NCBI GenBank assembly: GCA_025594325.1
Contig: JANHCV010000004.1
Location: 434,001-498,000, forward strand
Length of the DNA: 64,000 nucleotides
Source of the DNA: Blastocladiella emersonii ATCC 22665
Taxonomy: Eukaryota; Fungi; Blastocladiomycota
Direction: 5' to 3'
Shown: piece by piece, positions 24,063-33,973 of the stretch
Numbering within the stretch: the first letter of the stretch is position 1
Layout of the letters: every line of letters starts with the position of its first letter
Position numbers and translations under genes: made by a program
Notes under the pieces: model-generated
Seen by the model: only the letters and a program-made list of their open reading frames with translations
Database searches by the model: none
Told to the model about the DNA's origin: nothing

Positions 24063-25964
24063 TTACAGCCCGCCAAACACGCGGGCCGCGACATTGACGA
24101 GGGGCGCGTCCGCGATCCCGCGGGCCGCGAGGACGGCCGCGGCGGCGCGTGTCTGGCACGCGACGGCCTCGAGCGCGGGACGGGCGGGGCGGCCGAGGGC
24201 GCCGACCTGGATGGCGCCGTTGACGCGTTCGGCGAGGAGCGCGCGCTGGGCGGGGTCGAGGAGCGGGGCGACGACGGGGACGGTGCGCGGGTCGGCGTAC
24301 GCGACGAGCGAGAAGACGGCGAGCAGGCGCGGCTGGACGAGTTCGGCGGGGAGCGCGGTCGGCGAGGTGGTGTCGTGGCCGTACGGCGCGAGGGTGCGGC
24401 GGCCGTAGTCGAGGGCGGCGAGGAGCGGGGCCGGTGGTGCGCCCGTGGCGGAGGCGGCGTCGCGCTCGGCGAGCGACGCGGCGACGAGCTCGACAAACTT
24501 TTGGCACTGCAGGGCGAAGCGGGTTTCCGGGTGGCGGTCGAGGAAGGCCGGGTACGCGGCGTCGATGGCGGCGAGCGCGCGGTCCATGTCGCCGTCGAGG
24601 ATGGCCTCGCGGATCGCGGCGCGCTGCTCCATTTCGCGCAGCTGCTCGCGCACGTCGGCCGCGTCCGATGCCGCCGCCGCAGCGGACGCGCCGTCCACGT
24701 CCATGGCGTCGCCGCCGTGGCTCGCACCAGCAGCGGAAGATGGAGATTCAGGGGCCGAGGCGGACGAGGCGGCAATCTTCTGCCGCTGGCGCAGGAGGGC
24801 GGCGGCCGTCTTCTTGTACCCGTGGTGGACGAGGTAGCCGAGGACGAGGTCGGTGAGCTGGCGGACCGAGGGGTCGGGGACGGCGGGGTTGGGGCGCACG
24901 ATCTTGTCCCATGCGGCGGCGCGCAGGTCGGCGGCGTAGGCGGCAATGTCGAACTTGAAGGGAGCATGCCCAAAGTTGGCGGCGACGACCTCGCCCGGGG
25001 TGCGCATGCCGACGGCCGGGTAGAGGGGCTTGGAGATGGGGGCCGAGTTGCCCGAGGCGGGGACGGGGGTGGTCGGGAAGGGGAGGTTGGTGAAGGCGGT
25101 GCCGAGGTTGACGCCGTTCTTGGTGAAGAAGGCGGAGCGCGCCGCAAAGTTGATACCGCAACCGATCACGTCGCCGGTGGTGAAGGTCGGGCCGTAGGCC
25201 TTGCCCGAGCCCGAGGACTGGAAGATGTTGCCGTCGTCACCGTGGTAGCCCCACGAGTGCTGCTCCCAGCCGGGCAGGCGGTTGAGGGCGACGCCCTGGG
25301 CGCAGAAGCCGACGCTGATGTACCCCTCGCGGCCCTTGGAGACGATCTGGACCTCGTAGTAGTAGATGCCGGTGGCCATGGGGATCGGGTAGTTTGCGCG
25401 GACGGCGGCGGCGTCCGTGTCGCTGCGGCCGGGCCCCGTGTAGTCGACGCGCTGGTGGGCGTCCTTGAGCTCGAGCAGGCCGCACTTGTCGCGCTGGTTC
25501 CACGCGCTCGGCAGCTGGATGTGCAGGCCGTCGGCGGCGGGCAGCGCGGCGCCCATGACGGGGTTGTAGGTGGGCGCGCCGAACGCGGCGCTCGCGGGGC
25601 TGAGCGGGCCGGGTGCCGCGGCGGAGAGCGGGCTCGCGAGGGCGGAAACGGCGGCGGCAGTCGCGCTCAGCGTCATGGGGCTCGTCGAGGTGGCGGGCGA
25701 GACGCCGGCGGCGAAGGCGGCGGCCGAGGTGGCGGGGTCGGCGAGCTCGAGGCGCGGGGCAATGGCGAGGGTGCGCAGGTAGGCGGGCAGGTTGCGGTTG
25801 ATGCCCGCGTCGCCCACGACACCGTCCTCGTCGGCGCCGGCCGCACTGGCAGTGCCGGGCGCGCCGGCAAGCGCAGCGGGGCCCGTGGCGAGGTGCAGGG
25901 CGGCGGCGAACGGCTGCTTGACGGGAGCGGCGAGCGGGGGCGCGCTCGCGAACTGGCCGTCCAT
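24063..25964 (-). CDS. RANBP9: RanBPM/RanBP9-10 (Gid1-like) with SPRY-LisH-CTLH-CRA domains, 633 aa, intronless
   Basis: SPRY (AAVRANYPIP...YYYEVQI...GFC...LPGWEQHSWGYHGDDG...YGPTFTTGDVIGCG), LisH (LVLGYLVHHGYKKTA), CTLH (RAAIREAILDGDMDRAL...FALQCQKFVEL) and CRA (FSLVAYADP). Confidence 0.95.
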   Translation of the reverse strand: MDGQFASAPPLAAPVKQPFAAALHLATGPAALAGAPGTASAAGADEDGVVGDAGINRNLPAYLRTLAIAPRLELADPATSAAAFAAGVSPATSTSPMTLSATAAAVSALASPLSAAAPGPLSPASAAFGAPTYNPVMGAALPAADGLHIQLPSAWNQRDKCGLLELKDAHQRVDYTGPGRSDTDAAAVRANYPIPMATGIYYYEVQIVSKGREGYISVGFCAQGVALNRLPGWEQHSWGYHGDDGNIFQSSGSGKAYGPTFTTGDVIGCGINFAARSAFFTKNGVNLGTAFTNLPFPTTPVPASGNSAPISKPLYPAVGMRTPGEVVAANFGHAPFKFDIAAYAADLRAAAWDKIVRPNPAVPDPSVRQLTDLVLGYLVHHGYKKTAAALLRQRQKIAASSASAPESPSSAAGASHGGDAMDVDGASAAAAASDAADVREQLREMEQRAAIREAILDGDMDRALAAIDAAYPAFLDRHPETRFALQCQKFVELVAASLAERDAASATGAPPAPLLAALDYGRRTLAPYGHDTTSPTALPAELVQPRLLAVFSLVAYADPRTVPVVAPLLDPAQRALLAERVNGAIQVGALGRPARPALEAVACQTRAAAAVLAARGIADAPLVNVAARVFGGL

Positions 25965-26569
25965 GGTTGCTTCTGGTTGGATGTGTTACGTTGCTTGCTT
26001 CGTGGTCGAGTGTTGGGGAGAGGAAAGGAGAGGAGAGGGAGCGCGGACCGAACGCGTCGGGCGGCGGGGCGGGCCGCGGCTCCCACGCGTCCGCCCGCCG
26101 CTCTCGCCCACGCGCGACCACGCGACCCGACGCGCAACTTGTCCCCTCCCCTCGCCCCTCGTCTCTCTCCCCTCCCTCTCTCTCGCTGAGATCCGCGACT
26201 CGGTGCACCGCCGCCGCTCCACGCATCGACGACCCTCGCGCACGCGCACCCGCCGCGCCGCGCCGCGCCGATCTCGCCACGCTGGCGCCCGGCCGCCGAC
26301 CCCCACCTGCCGCTCGCGGCCCGACCCCGCCGCCCACCAAGCGCCCCGCCGCCGACGATCGCGACGAGGAGCCCGCTGCTGCCGCGACCTCCGCGACCGC
26401 GCCCACCGAGCCCGCGCGCAAGCGCCGCCGCAAGGAGAAGAAGCTGCGCCAGAAGCAGTGGCGCGACGACCAGGCCGCCCGCCGCTCTGCTGCTGCCGTC
26501 GAGCCCGCCTCGGCCGATCCACCTACCGCTGCTCCACCCGCACCCGCCGTACCCGCACCCGCGCCCAAG

Positions 26570-28519
26570 ATGAGCTTCGCGTACCGCCGCTTCGGGTCCG
26601 CGCGCCGCGCGCCCGTCGAGGAGTCGACGCCCGAGGAGACGCACCAGCGCCACGAGCAGCTCGCCCGCATCCTGACCGGCGAGCCCGACGCCGCCGCCGC
26701 CGTGCTCGGCCCGTCGTCCGCACCGGCGCTCGGCGGGAACCTCACCGAGGCCGAGCTCGCCGCCGACTTTGACCCCGCCCTGTGCATCGAGTGCCAGGAC
26801 CACCCCGCCGACCTCGTCTGCCACGGCTGCGCCGACGACAAGTACTGCTCCGTCTGCTTCCACGCACAGCACCGCAAGTCGCCCGGCCGCCTCGCCCACA
26901 AGTCGACCCCGATCCACGGCGGTGCTGCGGCCGAGAACGGCGACGCTGCTGCCGCGTCCGCTGCCGCCGCCAACGGCGACGCGATGGCGACCGACTCGCC
27001 CATGGACACGTCGTCGGCCGAGAGCCCGACCGCTGCCCCCGCTCCCGCCGCCGCGCCCGCCGCGCCCGTCGTCGCCAGCCCCTCGGCCACCCACAACGCC
27101 GCCGAGTTCGGCGCCTGGCTCACGGAGCGGTGCCAGTGGATCCCCGTGCGCATGTCGCTGCCCGAGCGCAAGCTGCTGCGCCTGCTCGACGCCGCCCTGC
27201 GCGTCTCCGAGTACACGGACCGCGTCGACATCCTCGCCGCCGGCTCGCGCACCCAGCGCATGGTCACCCAGATCCGCGAGGTGTGTCAGACCCTCGCCGG
27301 CCTCGTCGTCGCCGCCGACTACCAGCTCGGCCAGGAGCTCTTTGCCGACCGCGACTTTGCCGCCAACGCCGCCTGGTACGCCCACGTCTTCGAGCTCGGC
27401 CGCCGCCACAAGATCCTCAACCCCGACAAGATGCGCGCCACCTACGGCAAGCTCATCGTGCTGCTCCAGGACGCGGCCCTCCCCGAGGTCCAGCGCCTGC
27501 TCGGCTTCGACGTGATCGCCCCCGTCAAGACCGTCCACCGCGTCCTGTCGCAGCACGGCGCCCTCCACCTGCTCATGGACCCCATGGTCCTCGACGCCAC
27601 CGCCGAGATCATCTCCGACGGGAAACCGCGCCGCGTCATCGACGCCGAGATCCGCCGCAAGGAGCACGCCGTCGACACCCTCGCCCGCAAGTACGCCACC
27701 CCGTCGCTCACCGCCGACGACCTGCGCTCCGTCCTTTACTCCATCGGCGACCACCACCATTACCTCCATTTTCATCGGGACCCGTGCGACCACCTCCTCA
27801 AGCACCTCAACACCTTCTTTGGCGGCGAGGAGCCCGTCGGGGGCAGTCTGGCGATCCGCGCCGGCAGTTTTGGGGCCCGATTGACCCATTCACACGCCAA
27901 GCAATACGCGTACGTTTCGCAATCACTTGCCTTGTGGCGTGAAATCGAAAACGACATGTTCATGCTCTGGTCGCTCGCCGAGGCCGACCTGCTGTCGAGC
28001 GACGGGTACCGGCTGCGCAACACGGGCCAGGGCCTCAACCGCGTGCAGGCGTGCCCGAACGTCGGCCGCGCCATGCACGCGATCCTGCGTCGCGCGCAGA
28101 CGCGGCTCGGGTCGTGGGTCGGGTCCAGCGTCATCCACCTCGGCGACGAGAACGTGCCCAACGCGCTCATGTTCATCGACAAGTACACGCAGGTGCCGCG
28201 CATCCTGCACCCGGTCCTCAAGGCCGTCGACCGCCTCGAGTCCGAGATCCACGCGCACCCGGCGCTGCGCGAGTTCCTCCGCGCCCAGTACGGCGCCGAC
28301 GACACGGTGCGCCGCGCCCAGTGCGCCATCCTCGAGGACTTCTTCAAGCACGCGTTTGACGGGTCCGGCGCCGACAACTTCAACTCGGCCGGCAGCTGCA
28401 TCGACGGCCGCCTCACCAGCGCGTGGAACTGGTGCTCCGCCATCGAGAAGAAACCCTACTTCCCCATCTTCCTCCTCACGGGCTTCGTCGGGTTCGACGG
28501 CGAGTCGTTTGACGTGTGA
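26570..28519 (+). CDS. B-box zinc finger + UPF0652/DUF2009-like protein; possible non-AUG N-terminal extension from 26282
   Basis: B-box CIECQD...CHGC...YCSVCFHAQH...H, followed by a conserved-looking region (IPVRMSLPERK.LRLLDAALRVSEYTDRVD; ELGRRHKILNPDKMRATYGKL; AFDGSGADNF..AGSCIDGRLTSAWNWCS..EKKPY..IFLLTGFVGFDG). Confidence 0.85.
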   Translation: MSFAYRRFGSARRAPVEESTPEETHQRHEQLARILTGEPDAAAAVLGPSSAPALGGNLTEAELAADFDPALCIECQDHPADLVCHGCADDKYCSVCFHAQHRKSPGRLAHKSTPIHGGAAAENGDAAAASAAAANGDAMATDSPMDTSSAESPTAAPAPAAAPAAPVVASPSATHNAAEFGAWLTERCQWIPVRMSLPERKLLRLLDAALRVSEYTDRVDILAAGSRTQRMVTQIREVCQTLAGLVVAADYQLGQELFADRDFAANAAWYAHVFELGRRHKILNPDKMRATYGKLIVLLQDAALPEVQRLLGFDVIAPVKTVHRVLSQHGALHLLMDPMVLDATAEIISDGKPRRVIDAEIRRKEHAVDTLARKYATPSLTADDLRSVLYSIGDHHHYLHFHRDPCDHLLKHLNTFFGGEEPVGGSLAIRAGSFGARLTHSHAKQYAYVSQSLALWREIENDMFMLWSLAEADLLSSDGYRLRNTGQGLNRVQACPNVGRAMHAILRRAQTRLGSWVGSSVIHLGDENVPNALMFIDKYTQVPRILHPVLKAVDRLESEIHAHPALREFLRAQYGADDTVRRAQCAILEDFFKHAFDGSGADNFNSAGSCIDGRLTSAWNWCSAIEKKPYFPIFLLTGFVGFDGESFDV

Positions 28520-28665
28520 TCGATGCCCCTCCTCCTCCCCTCCCTCCCTCCCTCCCTCCCTCTTGCTCCAGCTGACGCGAGTCGACGACCGACCGATTGA
28601 ATGAACGAATGAATACATAGCACCACACACTTTCTCTCTGCACCTCGACCACGACTCTCTCTCGC

Positions 28666-29292
28666 TCAACTCCGTGCCGCCAGCGGCGGGAGAGACATGC
28701 ACGGGATATCGCTGAGCCGGCTCGACACGGGGAGCCCGGGCAGCAGCGCGCGCCACCCGCTGACCTTGGCCGCGCCCGTGATGGTGACGGGCAGCCGCTT
28801 GACGACCATGCCGCTGCCGCACAGCTTCTCGAGCAGCGCCAGGTTGTCGGACGCGATGGGCAGCACGAACCGCGTCGACTTGAGCGGCGCCAGCACGCTG
28901 CCCGCGGGCACCGTCACCCGCACGAGTGCGCGGCCCTCGGACTGTACCTCGACGTCGAATGCGCGCGTCTCGAGCTTCGAACCGAGTGTGTTCCACACAG
29001 CGATGCTCGCTTCCATGTCCGGGAGCAGGGTGACGGTGGATGTGCCGTTCGCCGCGCGCTGGCGGATCTCGATAAAGTCGACCATGATCGCGCTCTGCTT
29101 CCACACGACGTAGAGCGCGGCAATGGACGCGAAGATGAGCAGGCCAGCGACTAGCCCGACGCCGAACCGGCGGCGGCGGGACTTGATAGCGGCTGCGGCC
29201 TGCGCTGCGCTCGTGGACGCGGCCGCGTCTTTCTCGACGTCGGCGTCTTCCTTGCGCGAGTGCGGGAACCGTATGATGGGCGCGACTTTCAT
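28666..29292 (-). CDS. Single-pass membrane protein with LEA_2/WHy-like beta domain (~208 aa)
   Basis: Basic RRRR followed by one TM helix (FGVGLVAGLLIFASIAALYVVW), then a beta-strand pattern (IAVWNTLG...FDVEVQSEG..LVRVTVPAG.VLAP...RFVLPI). Codon usage is GC3-rich. Confidence 0.5.
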   Translation of the reverse strand: MKVAPIIRFPHSRKEDADVEKDAAASTSAAQAAAAIKSRRRRFGVGLVAGLLIFASIAALYVVWKQSAIMVDFIEIRQRAANGTSTVTLLPDMEASIAVWNTLGSKLETRAFDVEVQSEGRALVRVTVPAGSVLAPLKSTRFVLPIASDNLALLEKLCGSGMVVKRLPVTITGAAKVSGWRALLPGLPVSSRLSDIPCMSLPPLAARS

Positions 29293-30611
29293 GCTGCTTA
29301 CATGGGTGCTGCTGATACTGTAGTGCGTTCGTTCTCCTCGAACCAGCGAGGGATGGATAGTGCTGGCAAGACGGGGGAGAAGCAGCGCCACGAGGGCTTG
29401 TAGACGAAGCGGAGCGGAAGCTCCGTGGCTTGGGCTGCGGGCACTGAATTTGATCGAAACCATGATCCGAGGCTGGCGGAGCGACGCGCCGGTGTGGCGC
29501 AACGCGTGCCATGCACTCCTCGACGCGTCGGACTTGCTGCGTTGTTGCCGCCCTCGACTCGCAACGCCTCGAGGGCCTTCCTCTGCTTCGTGATCCCGGC
29601 GCCGCTCGAGCGTTTCCGCGCGTCAGCGAAGGTCGAGCGAGATCTTGACCTACGAGCCAATGATCACCTCCTCGCTCCCGTCGCCAAGCACTGACAATTC
29701 GGCGCGAGCGCTGTAACTCTGTATCCGCGTCGAATCCGAGGCCGTCATCGACACGTGGTGCGACCCGCCGAGGCCCTCCTAGTCGGGCGCGTTTAGCGCC
29801 GCGGCAGCGTTCGCTTTGGCGGGAGGACGGTGGCCGTGGGTGGCATCGGCTAGGGAGCGGTGGTGCTCGAAATCTTCCACCCGAGCGGGGCGACGCGGCC
29901 GAAGATGGACCGCGGGACGCCTGTGGCGAACACGCGCGAGAAGCGCCGCGGCTATGGTGCCACGATGGCCGTGGGCTCGATCCTGAGCCTCTGAACTCTG
30001 ACGGCTCGCCGTTCATGATGCGTGGACTCCTCGAAAACGGGTGACGCGGGCGGCGATGCAGAGGCTCTTTGCGGCGCCGCGACCTGGACTGGAACCGCGT
30101 CATACCGATGCTGTGCAGCTATTGCCGTGACGGCGGGCTCACCGGATGCCGTGTCGCTCAGCGTGGACCCGTTCGGCTTGTCCGTGTTGCTGCGCAGTAC
30201 CTGCGACCGAGAATATGTACTCACCCTTGAGTTTGCGTCATGAGCATGTTACAGGTCCCCCGCAGCGTCGAATACGTTTGGCGGCGGAGGCGAAAGACAA
30301 GTGGCCTCGGTTGGGCGACTGCCATCGAGGTGGAAGCGAGTAGAGCGGTCAAGGTCAGTTGCACTGCGGTGACATAAGTGGGGCCCCGGCGTAAGTGTGT
30401 TCGATCCCGGATCATTCGAAAGTCCGAAACCGGGACTGCTGCGATAAAAGACTGAGCTTGACCGTGCGGATTCAGACACCGCGCATTCACTTTTTTTCGC
30501 TGTTGTCGCTGCGAACGGCCGACGGAAAGGCCTATTTTCCCATGAGTATTTGCTAGGAAAAGAGATCGAGCAGCGAGTGGCTGTGGGGGACGCGAACCGG
30601 AAGCGCTCCAG

Positions 30612-33401
30612 CGGGAGACGCGAGACGCGTCGCAATATCACGTGTGTCTCGCACCCGACGCGTTGCGCCACCCCGCTCGAGATCAGATCTCCCGGTTGGC
30701 ATCACCCAGCTGCATCACCAACGTGCGCGAACCAGGCGTCGAGAGTTTTCCGTGTCGACCAGCAAGCCAATAGAGAGCGAGAGAGCGATTCCGCCAGGTG
30801 GGTCGTGACGCGAGGGCGCCGTGACCGCTTTCACGCTTCGTGGACCGCTTCAAGGAAGGACCAGTCCAGTCCAGTCCAGGCCACGAATGTAGCGAGGACT
30901 TTGTAACCATCAAGCGTTGTGAGAGTGAGGGCCGTGTCTCGTTGACACGAAATCGGCCGAGTACTGTTGCTCAGCAGCAGGTTGAGCTTGGCGACGGATA
31001 CGGACGGCTGTCTCGTTGTTGAGGTATTGCGAAAACTAACACCCACTCTATCGAAATCGCGCATTTCTCCTCAAGAAAACGCCCGGGCTGGTCAGCTGCG
31101 CAAGCTCTGCGCTATGTGCGAGGTGTCCGCGCGAGAGCTTTGCAGCGCGCGGCCCATGCTCAACGTCGCCTTCTCGCTGTCCAAGCACACGAACGTGTGG
31201 CCGAGGTAATCGAGCCGGTCGCATGCCTTGTGTTACAAAGCAACTCGTTGAGGCTGTTGGGCGCCTCTGAAGCCTTGACCACACTGTCCGACCTGTGCGC
31301 GCGTGATGCCGCCTCCGCTACGACCGCGGAATCGCGACGACTGGGTCACGAGAATGTTTGAACGCATGCTCTGTCCATTAATTTCACTGTCACTCGAAGC
31401 TCACGACCTCGATCGCGGCCAGCACCACGGACGTCGCGACCTCGACGGCGAGCGTGCGGTACACGGTCCGCATCAGGCGCTGCCACAGCGCATCGCGGAC
31501 CGACCCGCCCTCCTCGCGGACCACAACTTCCAAACACGCGGCCGCGTCCTCGGGGTACTCGATCTTGCGCGTGCGCACCACTGACTCGGCGGCGGGATCG
31601 AGCGAGAGCCGCACGACGGCCATCTGCAGTGGCAGGTCGATGAGGCACGACGCCGACTCGACGGCGAGCGTCAGACCGAACAGGCGCGCGAGCTGCCACG
31701 CGTCCACGGGGCGGTCGGCCGAAAGCACAAGCGGCCGCAGGCATGCATGCACAATGTTGGTCGCCGTCGGCAGCACGAAGCGCGCGAGGAGCGGGAGCGC
31801 GATCGCGCCGTGCGCGCGCGAGTACGGCCGGTCGGCGCGGATGTGGTCGCGGGCCGTCGCGAAGAGGCCCTTGGGCTGAACAGCGACGATGCGGCGGACG
31901 TTGGCGACGACGAGTGGCGCAAACGCGAACGTGTGGATCGCGCCCTGCACGGAGCGCGTCGTGAGCGCGAGTGCCGCACCAGCGACCGTGTTGAGCTCGA
32001 GCTCGAGCTCGGCGGCGGTATCGGCGGCGATCCCGAGGAACGGTGCGATCGTCTCGGTGACGGGGATCAGCTCGGCCGCGAGAGACGTGGCAACGTCGGC
32101 GGCGAACCCGGGCAGCGCGCGGTTGAGGCCGCGGCGGTACCCGAGCCGCGAGTAGACGGTGCGCAGCGTCAACCAGTACCCGCCCGCCGTCGTCATGACT
32201 GGGTGCGTCTTCTCCGAGGAGACCTCGTCCTCCTCCTTGTCCTCGCACGTCGGGCGGTACTCGGCGAGCGTCAGCATCGAGGCCGTCTCGAACGGCGCCG
32301 CGGGGGCCGCCACGAGGAGCGCGAAAACGGAGGCGAGCGCCGTTGTGATCACGGCGGCGCCGCGAGGCGAGAGCGCAAAGTGGGTGAGTTCGTCGGCGAG
32401 ATCCATGGCAGGGTGATGGTTGTTGTGTTGCGTTGAAGGAGAGGGGGGCGCCGAGGTCGGGCCTCTTTCTTGACTTTCTTGAGCGCCGCCGCTCTTGGAC
32501 GCCGACCCCCGCTCACCAACCGCCGTACCGCAATGAATACAGTATGCCATGCGGCGACGGGAACCCGATGCAATGGAATGGAATCCTCTTCAGGGACGCT
32601 TCCACGGCGCTCGGTTTGACGACGTCGACGGGACCTCGTCCGTGCGGGCTGCGGTGGTCGCCACGGGACTCCGGAGGGTTCGTGAGGTTGTCAGGCCATG
32701 CCTGCTCCCTTCCTTCATCCCATACGGACCTTGAGGGTGGCTGGAGCGGACGGAGGGCGTTTCTGCCGCTGGCGTCGTCGACGGCAGGAGTGCGCCGGGT
32801 CTCGCGCCGCCGCCAGCGTAGCAACGCAGCGTCGCAAGGCACACCTTGCAGCGCGGAGTTGGCGATGCGGCGACAGTGCCGAACAGACTGCGCTGGGCCT
32901 CTCTTGATTGGTTCAGGCCTGCGTTGTGCGCGGTCGTTTAATGTGTGCCGTAAGGGGAACGGACTCGGTCCGCACTCGCAGTAAACGGTCTCAGGGCGCC
33001 GCACCACGGACGTGTCCTGTACCGCGCGTGAGCCGTCAAAGTCGGTTCCGTGCGCGGGAACGGTCGTGTCGTTGCTTCACGGTCAAGCTGTACTCGTTCC
33101 GCGTCGCCCGCCCTGAAGCGAGGCGCGAGCGCCGGGACTTGTCTCAGCGGCTGACCTGGAGTCCGCCCAACGGTACGGCGAGCAACGAGACGCGTAGCGC
33201 ACCTACTCGTCCCGTCGCTTCCTGTACGCAGATGAGATGAATTGCGACGTCGAACTGCCGGCTAATTTCACTTGCAGATGTGAACGATGAGACTCGACCG
33301 CGTCGATGAGCAACTGCCAGCGTTTATAGGGAACACTTTCGCTCAGGAGCGCTCAAAAAGAACCAAAACCTAGGTGTATAGAGACTTTTGCTGCGCGACA
33401 C
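30612..33401 (-). repeat. Right arm of the 2,790-bp inverted duplication
   Basis: Mirror of 19154-21943. The match ends at 30612 (vs 21943) and at 33401 (vs 19154). Confidence 0.97.
31390..32406 (-). CDS. Mitochondrial carrier-fold protein, copy 2 (identical to 20149-21165)
   Basis: Translation is identical to copy 1 in the ORF track. Confidence 0.6.
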   Translation of the reverse strand: MDLADELTHFALSPRGAAVITTALASVFALLVAAPAAPFETASMLTLAEYRPTCEDKEEDEVSSEKTHPVMTTAGGYWLTLRTVYSRLGYRRGLNRALPGFAADVATSLAAELIPVTETIAPFLGIAADTAAELELELNTVAGAALALTTRSVQGAIHTFAFAPLVVANVRRIVAVQPKGLFATARDHIRADRPYSRAHGAIALPLLARFVLPTATNIVHACLRPLVLSADRPVDAWQLARLFGLTLAVESASCLIDLPLQMAVVRLSLDPAAESVVRTRKIEYPEDAAACLEVVVREEGGSVRDALWQRLMRTVYRTLAVEVATSVVLAAIEVVSFE

Positions 33402-33973
33402 TTCATCGCGACGTAACGCCTGGGTGCTCCATATCTTGTTCCTGTTGTCTCTATGATGTACGCGTATCAATTTCCGAGGATTTCTCGTGCATTTGCCTGC
33501 TTGCAACGACCCAAGCTGAGGTTGAGGTACGATTAGACGCGAACGGGAACGAGTCCGCCTCGTGTTGCGCACCGCGGTTGTTGAGCAGACAGCCGTCCTC
33601 TGGGTCGACTAGCCGTGCGATCCTGTGCGAGTCGGCGGCGAGCGGAAGCGTCCAGCGAGTGAAAGCAGCGATTGAGCGAAAGCATCCAGTGAGCCGTAGT
33701 CTGTGAGGCTCAGCAAGTACGATTGCTTTCCGGATCGCTCGCTCGCGCTTTTGACCCGAGCACGGACGCGACTGAGCCGACCAGGCGCAACAGCTGACAT
33801 CGGATCTCGCCGCCTGTCCGATCCACCAGGTCAGCGTGATCGGAACTTCTGCAGCAGCCCCCCTGTCTGCACCGTCATGAGCAGGCATGCGAGCCAGCAG
33901 ACACTCGAACGCCCCGAAACAAAAAGTGTGCAAGAGAAACGGGTTTGGCGGGTATATTGCGATCATCTCATCC

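Noticed and set aside
30340-30420. tRNA-like fragments (AGCGGTCAAGG, GTTCGATCCC)
   Set aside because: No acceptor or anticodon stems can be formed and the spacing is wrong.
19154-33401. Interpretation of the large inverted repeat as a giant TIR transposon (Pack-MULE-like)
   Set aside because: No target-site duplication, no transposase, and the arm begins in the BK channel 3' UTR.
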